64,000 nt of DNA from Ostreococcus lucimarinus (Eukaryota), in assembly GCA_000092065.1 (NCBI GenBank), contig CP000583.1. One strand, given 5' to 3'. Under the pieces are notes generated by a model. The model was not told where the DNA came from and did not search any database. It saw only the letters and a list, made by a program, of their open reading frames with translations. Shown one piece after another: positions 27,178 through 38,197 of the stretch. Each line of letters begins with the position of its first letter. Position 1 is the first letter of the stretch. The position numbers and the translations under genes were made by a program.

Positions 27178-27798
27178 CTATTCTGTCGTCTTCGCTCTGC
27201 GCCATCGCGCGTCTAACGCGTCGATCGCGCACGACATTTTCGCCTTCCCGAGCTTCTCGTTCACGACGTTGTGTCGCTCGCACACCCACTTCGCCAGCGC
27301 CTCGCGCGATTCGCACCTCGGCGGGTGCGCGTCGACGTCGGCTCGCAAATCCGCCCTGCACGTCGCGCACGGGTACAGGTCTCCCAGCGCGTCGAAGAAC
27401 CGTCGCGCTTGCACGCGCTGCGCGTGCGTCGGTTTTTGTGGGTAATACGCCGCGATCGTGTGCATCAGCGCCCACGACGCGCGTCCCAGTTCGTCGACGT
27501 CCAGCGGCGCCGCCGTCCCCGTCCCGGCGCCTTCGTCGGCGTTCGCGTCGTCGGCGTTCGTTCGCGTCGTCGACGCGTCGCGGTGCGTCGCTTTTCGCAC
27601 GGCGTCGAACAGATCGCGTCGCTTTTCGCACGCCCCGTCGTCGCACGTCGTCGACATCGTCGTATCGTCGGTGAATGCGCCGACGAATGGACGCGTCGCC
27701 GCATTCATCGCCGCATTCGTCGACGCATTCATCGAGTCCCGGAATCGCGCGCGCGTTCGCACGCGCGCGACGCTCCGCGGTCGGCGACGCGCGGACAT
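27178..27798 (-). CDS. ERV1: Erv1/ALR-family FAD-linked sulfhydryl oxidase
   Basis: LGRASWALMHTIAAYYP, redox-active YPCATCRADL, WVCERHNVVNEKLGK. The first ATG (27796-27798) overlaps the ATG of the divergent RCC1 gene; internal ATGs at ~27732 and ~27657 are alternative starts. Confidence 0.85.
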   Translation of the reverse strand: MSARRRPRSVARVRTRARFRDSMNASTNAAMNAATRPFVGAFTDDTTMSTTCDDGACEKRRDLFDAVRKATHRDASTTRTNADDANADEGAGTGTAAPLDVDELGRASWALMHTIAAYYPQKPTHAQRVQARRFFDALGDLYPCATCRADLRADVDAHPPRCESREALAKWVCERHNVVNEKLGKAKMSCAIDALDARWRRAKTTE

Positions 27799-29440
27799 GT
27801 CGAAGCGCCATCGCGCGAGTGGCGACGGCGCCGCGTCGCGCTCGAGCGACGACGACGACGACGACGCGGTGACGATCGGGTACCGACGCGCGCCGACGAA
27901 CGATCGCGACGCGCTCTGCGCCGCGCACGTCGAGGCGCTGAACGCGCAGTTCGCGCGACACGTCGCGAAGAAGACGCGCGATGCGCCGCGGGAGTTTCTC
28001 GTCCAGGCGTGTCGGGATTACGTGACGTACGCGAACGCGATACGGAAGGAGTTTCGAGACGCGGCGGGCGCGGGCGCGGCGGCGGACGAGGCGAAACGCG
28101 GCGAAGCGAGCGCGAGCGGGGAGGCGTACGTGTGGGGACAGGGAGACAGCGCGCAACTCGGGTTGGGTGGAGACGTGGACGAGCGACGACGACCGACGCG
28201 CGTGACGACGGGCGCGATGGGGGAGGCGAGAGCGACGCGGATCGCGGCGGGCGGGACGCACACGTTGGCGTTGACGAGCGACGGCGCGTGTTACAGTTGG
28301 GGGAACAACGATAACGGTGCGCTCGGACGAGTAGTGAATAAAGACGCAGATCCGGACGCGGAGTACGCGCCGGGAAAGGTCGAGCTTCCTCTGGACGTCA
28401 AGGTGGTGATGGTGAGCACCGGCGACTCGCACGGGTGCGCGTTGACGGAGAGCGGCGAGGTGTGGGCGTGGGGGCAGTTTCGAACGACGAACGGGGCGTG
28501 GGCGTTCAACCCGAACACCCTGGACGCGCAAAAGACGTCGTTTCCATTTAAAATATACGCGCCAGCGTCGTCGAAGGAGCGCGCGAAGGCGATCGTGAGC
28601 GGCGTCGACCACGTGTTGGCGCTCTCGCGCGAGGGCGGCGTGTACTCTTGGGGATGTAGCGAGAAGGGCCGTCTCGGTAGAGTCGACGCGAGCGAGGCCG
28701 AGGACAACGAACAGGCGAGCGATGATGTGAAAAGACGATTGCTCACCCCTAGTCGCGTGGCGTTGCCGAAGAGTGGCGGAGGTATCGGATCCGCGTTTGG
28801 CGGCGAACCGGAAGTCACCGCCATCGTCGCCGGCGATTTCCATTCGTTTGCCATTTGCGCCGACGAAGACGGCTCGAAATCGGACGTCTACGGCTGGGGT
28901 TTGTCAAACTTCCACCAAGTCGGGTTGTGGGACCCCAATCCTGACTTGCGCGGGGACGAACAGGTGACGTACTTTCCGAAACGAGTTGCCTCGTTGTGCG
29001 GAAAATGCATCGTCGCGGGCGACGCCGGCGCGCACCACTCGCTATTCTTAACGGGCGACGGTAAAATCATCGCCATCGGGCGATATACCGACGGTCGATG
29101 CGGCGTTCGCGTTCCCAACGCCGCGCTCGACGGCGCGTTGGAAGAGCCTAGAGTCATCGAGGATTTGCCCGGTCGCGCGGTGAAGGTGGCGAGCGGCGAC
29201 ACGTGCGGCGGCGCCATCATGGAGGATGGTTCCGCCTACGTCTGGGGATCGCAGTACATCGGACAGCTCGGACTTGGTCCGCGGGAAGAGGATGCGTACA
29301 CGCCAGAGAAGATGCCGTACACGAAACCGATGGCTGGCAAGGTGTTCGCCGAGCTTTCTTTCGGCGGTCAGCACGCCGCGGCGCTGTTGATCGACGCCAA
29401 GGACGACAAACCCGCGAGCAAGCGAGCTCGAGGGGCGTAG
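27797..29440 (+). CDS. RCC1-repeat (beta-propeller) protein
   Basis: ATG at 27797 (MSKRHRASGDG...DDDDDD). Seven RCC1 blades with YVWGQGDSAQLGLG, GGTHTLALTSDGACYSWGNNDNGALGR, GDSHGCALTESGEVWAWG, GVDHVLALSREGGVYSWG, AGDFHSFAIC, GAHHSLFLTGDGKIIAIG, SGDTCGGAIMEDGSAYVWGSQYIGQLG. Confidence 0.8.
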   Translation: MSKRHRASGDGAASRSSDDDDDDAVTIGYRRAPTNDRDALCAAHVEALNAQFARHVAKKTRDAPREFLVQACRDYVTYANAIRKEFRDAAGAGAAADEAKRGEASASGEAYVWGQGDSAQLGLGGDVDERRRPTRVTTGAMGEARATRIAAGGTHTLALTSDGACYSWGNNDNGALGRVVNKDADPDAEYAPGKVELPLDVKVVMVSTGDSHGCALTESGEVWAWGQFRTTNGAWAFNPNTLDAQKTSFPFKIYAPASSKERAKAIVSGVDHVLALSREGGVYSWGCSEKGRLGRVDASEAEDNEQASDDVKRRLLTPSRVALPKSGGGIGSAFGGEPEVTAIVAGDFHSFAICADEDGSKSDVYGWGLSNFHQVGLWDPNPDLRGDEQVTYFPKRVASLCGKCIVAGDAGAHHSLFLTGDGKIIAIGRYTDGRCGVRVPNAALDGALEEPRVIEDLPGRAVKVASGDTCGGAIMEDGSAYVWGSQYIGQLGLGPREEDAYTPEKMPYTKPMAGKVFAELSFGGQHAAALLIDAKDDKPASKRARGA

Positions 29441-29492
29441 AAGATTATTCTAATAAAATCAATTGAATCACAAGTAATATACACAGCAGCGT

Positions 29493-31082
29493 CTACGAAT
29501 CGCGCTTCTGTTCGCTGAAAAGCAGCACATACACGTTGCTAATCGCCACAAAGCTCGCGAATAAAATCAGCGCGCCGGCGACGACGACGGTTCCGACTCC
29601 CGGTTTTGCCGCGAAGGACGCGTTCGCATCGTCGCCTGATGGAAGGATGTTACCTTCCTCGTCAAAATCCTGTTCGAGAAGATCGCGAGCGGAACTCAAA
29701 AGTTCCCTCGTGACGTCGTCCAGACCATCGAGCAAATCGTCCGCCGGCTCCTCGACGTCCGCCGCGGCCTTCGACGAGCGCATCTTCGGATGCAGCAAGA
29801 GCAAGGCTGGGATCACGAACATGACGAGACTTCCGCACGTGGCACCGATGAACTCGAATACCTTTCCTAAATCTTCCACCGCGAACGCTACGAGCGTGGT
29901 GAAGACGACGAACGCGAACGTTTGCGTCGCGTGACGAGTCACCGGCGCTTGTCCCGGCGCGCACACCTCCCAACCAAACGCCTCCGCAAGTAAGTCGTCC
30001 AAAGCCGCGCGCGCGGCGTGATGATTCACCGGAAACGATGCGACGGCGCTGAAGCCCATGAAGATTGTCGCCACCATCATGGCTTTGTCATCCTTGCCGT
30101 AGCTATCTAGGACGTTAGACGTCACGTTTGGATGCGACACGTACGCGAACTCGCCCACGAGGAGGTAGCCCCAAAAGCACGCGCCGACGGCGAGCGCGAT
30201 GACGGTGTACATTCGACTGAGGCGTCGCGCCTCGGTGGCTTGCCTAGCGTCGCCATCGATAGGTTCGATGTCGTCTTCGAAATGCGGTTCAGGGGCGGAA
30301 TCTGCCGATAGCTCGGAGAAAATCGCCAAGACTTGAATATGGCACTGAAACGCGAAGACGACGATGGGCACGGCGGAGATGGAATCGGTGTTGAATTTGA
30401 AAGCCACGGCTTTGGCGTCATCACCGCCAGAAGTGCGGGTCATTCCTTTGCACGTGATCGTCGCGGCGGTGTACGCGAGCGAAACCAGGGCTACCGCACT
30501 CGCCGGTGCCAACCGACTCATCTCTCGAAGTAAGCTCAGCGGCGTCACCAAAAACGTCGCTCCGACGGCGATGGCGAATCGTCGACTTCCCCACCACGCG
30601 CTCGACCCCGCGCTGGCGACCGCGCTCATCACTTTCGCGTACGAATCACCGATGATGATCAAATATGCCACGCACGATCCGAACAAGTACACCACCAACG
30701 TCCCGCTCACGAATCGAGACGCGCGAGTTCCGAACGCGTCGCGCACCAAGCCTTGATACGACGTGGACTCGAACGCCGATCCCGCTCGCACGAGCACGAC
30801 GAGCGTGTACGCGACGAGTAGCGCGGCGATGAGTACGACAATTCCACCACCGACGGTGCCGAACTTACTCACCGCGAACGGCGTCGCCAGCACTCCCGCG
30901 CCGATGGCGCAGTTCGCGAGCGTCGCCGTCGACCCGGAGACGTTGCCTCGCCGCTTCGCCCGACCGTCAGTTTCACCGACGAGCGCCGAGCTCGCGAGCG
31001 CGCTCATGGCGCTCGAAATCATGTGCTCGAGCTCGCTCTCGGCGTGCGCGGCGTCGTGCGCGTCCGTGGTGTCGCTCGACAT
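29493..31082 (-). CDS. amino acid transporter (AAAP/Aa_trans family, SLC38-like)
   Basis: 11 TM. N-terminal Aa_trans signature NVSGSTATLANCAIGAGVLATPFAVSKFG. Start at the internal ATG MSSDTTDAHD (~31082); the track ORF extends to 31163. Confidence 0.8.
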   Translation of the reverse strand: MSSDTTDAHDAAHAESELEHMISSAMSALASSALVGETDGRAKRRGNVSGSTATLANCAIGAGVLATPFAVSKFGTVGGGIVVLIAALLVAYTLVVLVRAGSAFESTSYQGLVRDAFGTRASRFVSGTLVVYLFGSCVAYLIIIGDSYAKVMSAVASAGSSAWWGSRRFAIAVGATFLVTPLSLLREMSRLAPASAVALVSLAYTAATITCKGMTRTSGGDDAKAVAFKFNTDSISAVPIVVFAFQCHIQVLAIFSELSADSAPEPHFEDDIEPIDGDARQATEARRLSRMYTVIALAVGACFWGYLLVGEFAYVSHPNVTSNVLDSYGKDDKAMMVATIFMGFSAVASFPVNHHAARAALDDLLAEAFGWEVCAPGQAPVTRHATQTFAFVVFTTLVAFAVEDLGKVFEFIGATCGSLVMFVIPALLLLHPKMRSSKAAADVEEPADDLLDGLDDVTRELLSSARDLLEQDFDEEGNILPSGDDANASFAAKPGVGTVVVAGALILFASFVAISNVYVLLFSEQKRDS

Positions 31083-31372
31083 TGGCGTTCGCTCGGGACA
31101 AAGATCTTCAACTCGACCCTCCGAGCTTGCGTTCGTGCGCGTTTTGGCGTTGTACTCGCTCACCCCGCACGCTTTGCGCCAACGTTAACGTCACAAGCGT
31201 ACCCGAAGCGCAGAAGCCCAAGATCCAAAGCGTCGCGCGATCGCTCAGCGCCATAAGCCAGGTTGTGCGGGACTTTAAACGACGGGACGCGAGACGCCGG
31301 CGCGAGACGCGAGAACGATCGAGATCGACGTTTAAACGCGGCGACGTTACAACGACTACGAAAGGTGGGTGG

Positions 31373-32803
31373 CTAACGCAGCAACGTGGACGCGATGGAC
31401 TGAATCTCTCGCGGATTGCCGTTCGTCAGCGCTTTCATCGCCGCGACGGTTTGCTCGTCGACGACGGCTTTGACGATTCCGGCAGCCTTGTACTCGCGAA
31501 GGATGGTCGCGATTTCATCGGTGTTGAATCGCGGCGTCTCCACTGTAACGACGGTCGAGGACCCCAGTTCGTCCGGCAGCGACTGTTCGGTGTTCGATTT
31601 GGAAACACCGACGGAGTGAGACGCCGCCGTGACGGCGACGTGCCTCGCGTCTTCGTCGCACGCCGAGTCCACGGTTTCGATTACCGCGCGCGCCAAACGC
31701 AGACTTTTCGCGGGAATATTCTTTCTAGACCTCGGTCCGGTGACCTCATGCATGTCGGACGGCCCGAATAGCGCATTGTACTGATCGACGACGAACATGA
31801 CTTTCCCGTCGCCGTTCTTCGCGAGCGCTCTCAGCTCATTCAACACCACGAGCGCGCAGTCGACAGCTATTTCCGGATCGGTCGAACCCGCTTTTGCGTA
31901 GTCGAATAAGTTCATTTCCGCGCTCGCCTTGGGCTTGGCGTCCGCCTCGGGCGCGTCGGCCGCATCCTTGGATTTTTTTCCGCGGCTCTTCTTCGGCGCG
32001 TTTTCATCCTTGAGCGTCACCCCCTTAACCTTCACGGACTTTAACACGCTCTCGTTCGCCGCGTTGGCGATGTGTTGCAACAGCCGCATCGCGCAATCGG
32101 GCGTTTCCCACAGTCCATCGCAACCTTCCTTCGTACTCTTGCTAAAGTAGCTCAACCTCGTGAGCTCTAAACCATCCGGGACGTACGCGACGACCCACCC
32201 ATCGGCGCGCGCGCGCATGACCAACCGCGCCAACGCCACACTCTTACCGCTACCTCTAGATCCCCGAACGTCCACGCGCCTGTGCGAAGTGGTCGCCTCT
32301 TGCAGCGCGTCGTCGCTGGCTCTCGCCATCAAACGTCTCGCCGCCGTCTTCGCCCCGCGCTTTCCATCGCCACGCTCGGCCGCGCCCTTGGTCTGATTCG
32401 CAAACGTAAACGCCGCCGTCAACGCTTTCACGCTGGAGATCTCCGGCAGCAGCGTCGCCACGGCGTCGTCGTCGATGTCGTACACGTTTCCGGCGTTCGC
32501 CGCCGCCGACGCGAACCCTCGCGCCGCGCTCGCGACGTCCCGTCCGGGCGCGATCGCGCGCGCGCCGCGTCCGAGCGCGATCGCGCGCGCGCCGCTCGAG
32601 GCCACGCTCGCGCTCGCGCCGGCGGTATCGCTCGCGGAACGCACGCCGCGCGCGCGAACGAACCCGATCGCGTTCGTCGACGACGCCGGTGACGAGAGCG
32701 CGTCGACGCGCGTCGACGCGTCGGTGATGGAAGAGGCGCGCGCCGACGACGAGGATGACGAAGCGATGAACACGCCGCGACATCGCGAGCTCGCGCGCAA
32801 CAT
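31373..32803 (-). CDS. DAP3: mitochondrial ribosomal protein mS29 (DAP3)
   Basis: P-loop GSRGSGKS and FVVDQYNALF, as in the DAP3 GTPase. The track start (33004) would overlap the 3' end of the upstream PDF gene, so the internal ATG MLRASSRCRG (~32803) is used; it has a presequence-like N-terminus. Confidence 0.65.
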   Translation of the reverse strand: MLRASSRCRGVFIASSSSSSARASSITDASTRVDALSSPASSTNAIGFVRARGVRSASDTAGASASVASSGARAIALGRGARAIAPGRDVASAARGFASAAANAGNVYDIDDDAVATLLPEISSVKALTAAFTFANQTKGAAERGDGKRGAKTAARRLMARASDDALQEATTSHRRVDVRGSRGSGKSVALARLVMRARADGWVVAYVPDGLELTRLSYFSKSTKEGCDGLWETPDCAMRLLQHIANAANESVLKSVKVKGVTLKDENAPKKSRGKKSKDAADAPEADAKPKASAEMNLFDYAKAGSTDPEIAVDCALVVLNELRALAKNGDGKVMFVVDQYNALFGPSDMHEVTGPRSRKNIPAKSLRLARAVIETVDSACDEDARHVAVTAASHSVGVSKSNTEQSLPDELGSSTVVTVETPRFNTDEIATILREYKAAGIVKAVVDEQTVAAMKALTNGNPREIQSIASTLLR

Positions 32804-32954
32804 CGCGGAAGCGAATCGATCGATCGAGCGCGTCGTTGTGACGTTTCTCGCCCGCGAACTGCGCGGCTTCGCGGCGGGTTCGGCGCGACGCGTGGAGGAG
32901 AGAATCGACGCGGTCGAGGACGTCGTGCGATGAGATGTGCGTGCGATCAATGCG

Positions 32955-33914
32955 CTACAACGCCTTTTCGCTATCTTCGCCCGGATACGCCTCGACGAAT
33001 CCATCGAGCGTGCTCTGCACGCTCGCGCGGACCTCGGGCGACATTCTGTCGTGGTACAAGACGCCGTCTAAATGGTCGTACTCGTGCTGGAACACGCGCG
33101 CCTCGAACCCTTCGAGGGTCATTTTGAATTTTTTACCCTTCAAGTTTTGCGCTTCGATTTGAACGCCGATCGGGCGCTGCGCGCGTGAATCGAGGAAGAG
33201 CGAAGCGGTCAGTCTCGCGCGACGCAAAATCTCCCGACGCCGACGGCGGCGGCGGCGCGTCAGAGTTAGCCTCGCGTATTAGCTCACATTTCTCCGCACG
33301 ACCCGCACGCGGGTCTCGGATTAGCGTATATTTATGTTTTGATCGTCATCGGCTCTCTCGTCTCGCGCGTGACGCGACAATCGCGCGCGGCGCCGTCGCT
33401 CGATACGCACCTCGACGTCGGCGTACATCTTCGGAAAGCTCAAGCACCCTTCCTCGAACAAATCCTTCTCCTTGGAAAACTTCACTATTTCCGGGTTACA
33501 CAACACCACTTCTCGCCCCTGTCCTGGCTCTCCCGCCTCGTTGTACACCATCATTCGATAATTCACACCCACCTGCGGCGCCGCCAATCCGCAGCCGACG
33601 GTTTCGTACATAATCTTAAACATCGCCTTGCTCAACCGTTCCAAATTTTTATCGAACGTCTCCACGGGCGCGTTCTTCGCCCGCAGGCACTTCGCCGGGT
33701 ACTTCGCGATCGCCAGCGGTTCGCTCCATCGAACGCTCTTCGCGTCCTCGTCGTCGCCCTTCGTCCCCTCGCCCTCGCGACTCAAGTTTTCCACCTCGCC
33801 GAACAAGAAACCCTTCTTCTTCCCGCGCGCGACGACCGCGGCGCCGCGCCGCGTCGTCGTCGTCGTCACCCTCGACGAGCACGACGCCACTTTACACGCG
33901 CACCGCGTCATCAT
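32955..33914 (-). CDS. PDF: peptide deformylase, organellar (two exons: 33412..33914 and 32955..33177)
   Basis: Motif I GCGLAAPQVG and motif II EGCLSFP lie in track ORF 33321..34124. Motif III QHEYDHLDG lies in ORF 32955..33227, in the same frame, with an in-frame stop between them. Donor GAG|GTGCGT and acceptor CGCGCGCAG|CGC join ...YADVE|RPIGVQIEAQ..., restoring the canonical PDF spacing. Start placed at MMTRCACKV (~33914), a transit-peptide-like N-terminus. Confidence 0.8.
33178..33411 (-). other. spliceosomal intron (234 nt) of the PDF gene
   Basis: On the minus strand: GTGCGTATCGAG...GAGACTGACCGCTTCGC...TTCACGCGCGCAG. Length is a multiple of 3 but it contains an in-frame TAA. Confidence 0.75.
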
Positions 33915-34147
33915 GATCGATCGATCGACGCCCCGGCGTCGCGCGCTCGTGTGACGCGCGAACGTCTGATGTCGCGCGGGGTTCGGTTCCACACGGACCT
34001 TCTTTTGGTTCGACGTGCGAATCCACGGTTCTTGACTCGACGCGAGTCTCAGTATACGAGTCTCCGCCCTAATCAGGCATCCGACGGCGTCCGAGGCCGC
34101 GCGCGTCGCGCGACGTCGCCGCACTCGACGACGAGCGACGACGAACG

Positions 34148-35170
34148 ATGTTCGCCTCCATCGCCGCCAACGCCTCCGCGGCCGTGCACGCCAAGGTACG
34201 CGCGAACGCGCGAACGCGCGAACGCGCTCGGCGACGCGACGCGTCGTCTCGAGCGACGCCGCGACGGACGCGCGCCGAGCGTCGCGATGGGGTTTCGACG
34301 CGCGCGCGCGATGGGGACGCGGCGCGCGGGGGATGGGACGCGTCGCGCGCGCGCGCGCGCGCGAACGGTCGAGAATAATTTTACGCGCGGTGCGCGCGCG
34401 CGCGATGGAGGATCGCGCGCGCGCGAGGGCGTCGTCGAGGCGCGCGACGACGTCGGATAAACCCCGAGGGCGGGCGAGGGCGAGGCGACGACGCGCGGCG
34501 ATGCCGACGACGACGAGCGAGGGGGGACGACGAGCGCGCGAACGATGACTGACGGATGAATTGTGTTTTCGACATCACGCAGCGCACGCAATTTTCGGGC
34601 GCTTCCGTCAAGCCCGCGCGGGCGGTGACCATGGTGCGTGTCGCGACGGATGCGCGTGGGGTGAATAGGGTTTCCATCGCCCCGAGCGCGCGGAGTCGAG
34701 AACGCGCGAGCGAGCGAGCGTGGTGCGAACGAAGACTGACGAATGCGCGCGGGATCTTTGACGATGAACAGCCCGTCGCGCAACGACGCGGTGATTTGTG
34801 CGTGCGCGCGGCGCGCGTCGCCGGGGTTGAGATTCCAAACAACAAGAGATGCGAGACGGCGTTGACGTACGTGTACGGCATCGGCGAAACGAGCGCCAAG
34901 GCGATCATGGCGGCGACTGGTTTGGAGAACAAGCGTTTGCGTGAATTCTCTGAGCAGGAACTCACGCAATTGCGCGAAGAGGTGGAGAAGTACCAGATTG
35001 AGGGTGAACTCAGACGCTTCATTACGATGAACATCAAGCGCTTGAAGGAGATTCAGTGCCACCGGGGTAAGATGCACATTCGCAACTTGCCGGTGCGTGG
35101 TCAGCGAACCAAGACGAACGCGCGCACGCGCAAGGGTAAGGTTAAGACCGTGGCTGGCAAGAAGAAGTAA
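34148..35170 (+). CDS. RPS13: organellar ribosomal protein uS13 (bacterial type), probably two exons: 34148..34195 and 34583..35170
   Basis: Mature part [37 protein letters not shown]...[36 protein letters not shown] is a full uS13. Proposed exon 1 [16 protein letters not shown] ends at donor GTACGC (34196). CTGAC lies 31 nt upstream of acceptor ACGCAG (34580-34582), and the join is in frame. The alternative unspliced start is ATG 34556. Confidence 0.75.
34196..34582 (+). other. probable spliceosomal intron (387 nt) in the uS13 presequence
   Basis: GTACGC donor, CTGAC branch, CAG acceptor. The first exon is a typical targeting-peptide start. Confidence 0.5.
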
Positions 35171-35332
35171 ATTATCTTGTCAGTAGCGGCGACGGGGAGA
35201 GGAAATTTAGACATTTCGCCTGTATCTGGGGAGCGTTTGTAGTTGGCGCGCGTTCGTAAGTTTTAATCAAACACAATAACGCCATTCTTTAAAACTACGG
35301 ACTATACTATTAATGCCTTGGAAACGAACGCG

Positions 35333-38197
35333 TCATCTTTCCCTGGGCGCCGCCGCGTAGGCGGCGTGCGCGCGCTTGAGGGAGAGGCCGCCGCGTTTTC
35401 TCGCAGACGTCGCATCGAACTCGCTCGCGCGACCGAGGAGTTCGGACTGTAAAGTCCTTCGATGCTGAGCCGAGCGCTCTAAGCGCTCGCTTACGTCGCG
35501 CAGCTCCGTTTCGAGATCTTTGATTCGTCGTACGTCTTCCGGACGCGACTCTCGCTTTTCGTACATCGCTCGCCACTTTGAGATTTCGGCGCGAGACGCC
35601 GAGAGCGCCTCATTCGCCACTTTCGCCGCCGATTCGTTCACGTCTTGCATGCGCGTGATGGTGATTTTGTGTTCTTTGCGCATCGAGTCGATCTCACTTT
35701 CGTGCGCGTACGCCGTAGCCACCGCGGCATCGCGCGACTTCTCCACGTCCATTGCTCGCTCGAGCTCCGCCGCGCCGAGCTCTTCTCTCGCTCGACGAAG
35801 TTGACTTCGCAAACTCTCGCGCTCGAGCTCGAGCGTCGTGCTCACTGCGATGCACGATTCGAGCTTAGTCTCGTACTCGCGCTCGAGACGTTCGAGATCT
35901 CTCGCGTACTCGTCCGTCGCGCATTTCAATTCCTGCGCCTGGTTTGCCGCCGCCTTTTCCGCGCGATCCGCCTCGCGCGCGTCGTGTTGCGCCTCCACCT
36001 CGCGCACGGCCAATCGAACGGCCTCAGCCATGGAATGTTTCAGCTGCTTCGCGTGTTCCTCGTCCATCATCTCTACGCGCTCACGATGCGAAGCCGTGAG
36101 GCGCTCGATTTCGCAAACGTGCGTCGCGCTGAGCGACTCGAGACGATGATTACAGTCTGCTTGCAGCTCACTCACCGCGCGATCACGCTCGAATGCCATG
36201 GTTTCTAATTGTTTGGCGTGTTGTCGGTTGATGTCGTCGATCTCTTCGCGCAACTCGCGCTCGTTTGCATGATACGCTTCGGATACGTTTGCCACCGCGC
36301 GCGCGACGTCGCCTTTCGCCTTCATCTCCATCTCAGTCATCAAGCGCTCCATGGCACTCTCGTGCGTGCGATGAGATTCTTCAATCGCAATCTGAACGTT
36401 CTCTTTCGTCTTGCGTTCCCAAAGAGCGTTCGTGCGGTTGATCTCGTCCCTCAGCTTTTGGTCGGCGAAGGATCGCTCGGATTCGTACTCGAGCTCTCGC
36501 TCGCTCATTTTCTTCTCCAATTTGTGCGTCAACGCCTCTACAGCGTTTAAAGCAAGTTTTGAGTCACGTATTTGATCGACCAGATGAGTCTCTTTAGCCT
36601 CCGCGCTTGACTTGATGCGTTCCATCTCAGCCGAGAGCGTTTGATGCCGCGCTTCGTACGTTTCCACGACGTCGTTCGCTTTAGATTCCCGCGATGTCGC
36701 GCACTCGAGCGAGCTTTCCAATCGCAGTTTCTCGTCTTTCCATTCGTTTTCTTTCCGTAACCACGCCGCGTTGAGCGCGCTGATCGCTTCCTCGTGTCGC
36801 GATTCCGCCACGTCGGCGCGCTCGGCGAATTCAGCTAACGCGCGCGCGTGATTCGCAGAATGTTCGACTTCCATCGCCTTAATGCGAGCTTCGTACGAAT
36901 TCACGAGTTCGTTTGTTTCAGACTCAGCCTTTTCATTTCGCTCCTCCAAATCGCTCAACAGTTTTTTCAGTCTTTCCTCACCGTCTCTCGTAGCCAACTC
37001 GACGACGCTTTCGTTGCGCCGAATCGTCGCGCGCAAGTCGTAAATCGTTTCCTCCAACTCGTGCACGTGCTCCGCATGCGCCGTGCTCATCGCTGCTTGC
37101 GATTGTTGTTCGGTTTCAATGTTTTCGCGCAGTTTCGTACGCTCTTCGATGCTCGTCGCGTACGCCTCTTGCGACTCACTTAATTTCCGCGCGAGATCAA
37201 TCTCGCTCGCAATGAGACGATCCAAGCGTGCGCGCATGTCGCCGATCGTCGCAGTTTTATTCGTCAACTCCGTTCGCAGACCGATCACGGTCTTTTCGCG
37301 CTCATTCGCGCTCGCACTTAGCTCGTCCAGCGATCGGCGACAGGTTTCGTGCGCTCTTTGCGTGCATTCGAGTTCCGATGCCGTCTCGGCGAGCGATTTC
37401 TCCACGAACTCGTACGCCGATCTTTGCCTATCGTACTTTTCGCGCGCCAAAGCACGTTCACGATCGAGCGAGTCTTTGTGGTCCTTTTGAACGCGTTCTA
37501 GCTCGATGGTTTTGTCGCACATTTCCTTCTTGACGCGTTCTACGCGCGCCTCGGCCTCGGCGTTGACTTTCTCCATCTCTGCCGCGTGCGCCGCGCGCAA
37601 CGCTTCGATTTCTCGCGCGAATTCTTTCTCCATTTGGCCGCGTTCGTTGCGTTCGAAACGTAAATCGTTCATAAGCTCTTCTTCGACGGCTCGAGCGTTC
37701 TCCACGATGCGCATTCGCGCCTCCATCTCCGCTCGAAGCGCCTCTTCGCGCGCTCTCTCCGTCGCCTCGCGATCGCGCTCGCAAGCCGCCTTCACGGTTG
37801 CGATTCTCACCTTGGTCTGCGCCTCGCGATTCTCATCTCGCGTCCGAAACTCTTTCGCCGCGAGTCTTAGCCGCGATTTCATCGCCGCCGTCACCTCCCT
37901 TCGCTCCTCGTTCGCGCACAATCGCATCGCGTCCGCCACCGCGCTTCGCGCCAACGCCCCGCGAGCGTCATCCTCGGCTCGTTCGCGCGCGCTCGCCTCT
38001 CTGTATATCGCGTTCGATGCCTCGTATCGCGTCAGCGCGATATCTCGCGCGAATGACTCCAGCGCGCTCGCTTTTTCCCGTTCGTGCGCGTCGCACGCCG
38101 TGTGCAGTTCGCACACCACCTCGGTTAATCGAGCAATTTTACGCGACGCCGCGGCGACGTCGCTCGAGTCGTCGTTCGCGTCGCCGTGGACTTGCAT
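35333..38197 (-). CDS. long coiled-coil protein (myosin-tail/SMC-like heptad repeats), function unknown
   Basis: ~950 aa, almost entirely E/R/A/L-rich predicted coiled coil. Start placed at the internal ATG MQVHGDANDD (~38195), downstream of the divergent CLC gene's ATG. The track ORF extends to 38833 through low-complexity sequence. Confidence 0.5.
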   Translation of the reverse strand: MQVHGDANDDSSDVAAASRKIARLTEVVCELHTACDAHEREKASALESFARDIALTRYEASNAIYREASARERAEDDARGALARSAVADAMRLCANEERREVTAAMKSRLRLAAKEFRTRDENREAQTKVRIATVKAACERDREATERAREEALRAEMEARMRIVENARAVEEELMNDLRFERNERGQMEKEFAREIEALRAAHAAEMEKVNAEAEARVERVKKEMCDKTIELERVQKDHKDSLDRERALAREKYDRQRSAYEFVEKSLAETASELECTQRAHETCRRSLDELSASANEREKTVIGLRTELTNKTATIGDMRARLDRLIASEIDLARKLSESQEAYATSIEERTKLRENIETEQQSQAAMSTAHAEHVHELEETIYDLRATIRRNESVVELATRDGEERLKKLLSDLEERNEKAESETNELVNSYEARIKAMEVEHSANHARALAEFAERADVAESRHEEAISALNAAWLRKENEWKDEKLRLESSLECATSRESKANDVVETYEARHQTLSAEMERIKSSAEAKETHLVDQIRDSKLALNAVEALTHKLEKKMSERELEYESERSFADQKLRDEINRTNALWERKTKENVQIAIEESHRTHESAMERLMTEMEMKAKGDVARAVANVSEAYHANERELREEIDDINRQHAKQLETMAFERDRAVSELQADCNHRLESLSATHVCEIERLTASHRERVEMMDEEHAKQLKHSMAEAVRLAVREVEAQHDAREADRAEKAAANQAQELKCATDEYARDLERLEREYETKLESCIAVSTTLELERESLRSQLRRAREELGAAELERAMDVEKSRDAAVATAYAHESEIDSMRKEHKITITRMQDVNESAAKVANEALSASRAEISKWRAMYEKRESRPEDVRRIKDLETELRDVSERLERSAQHRRTLQSELLGRASEFDATSARKRGGLSLKRAHAAYAAAPRER

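Noticed and set aside
33339-34460. 373-aa plus-strand ORF
   Set aside because: Antisense to the PDF gene (motifs I-III are on the minus strand). Low-complexity R/H-rich product.
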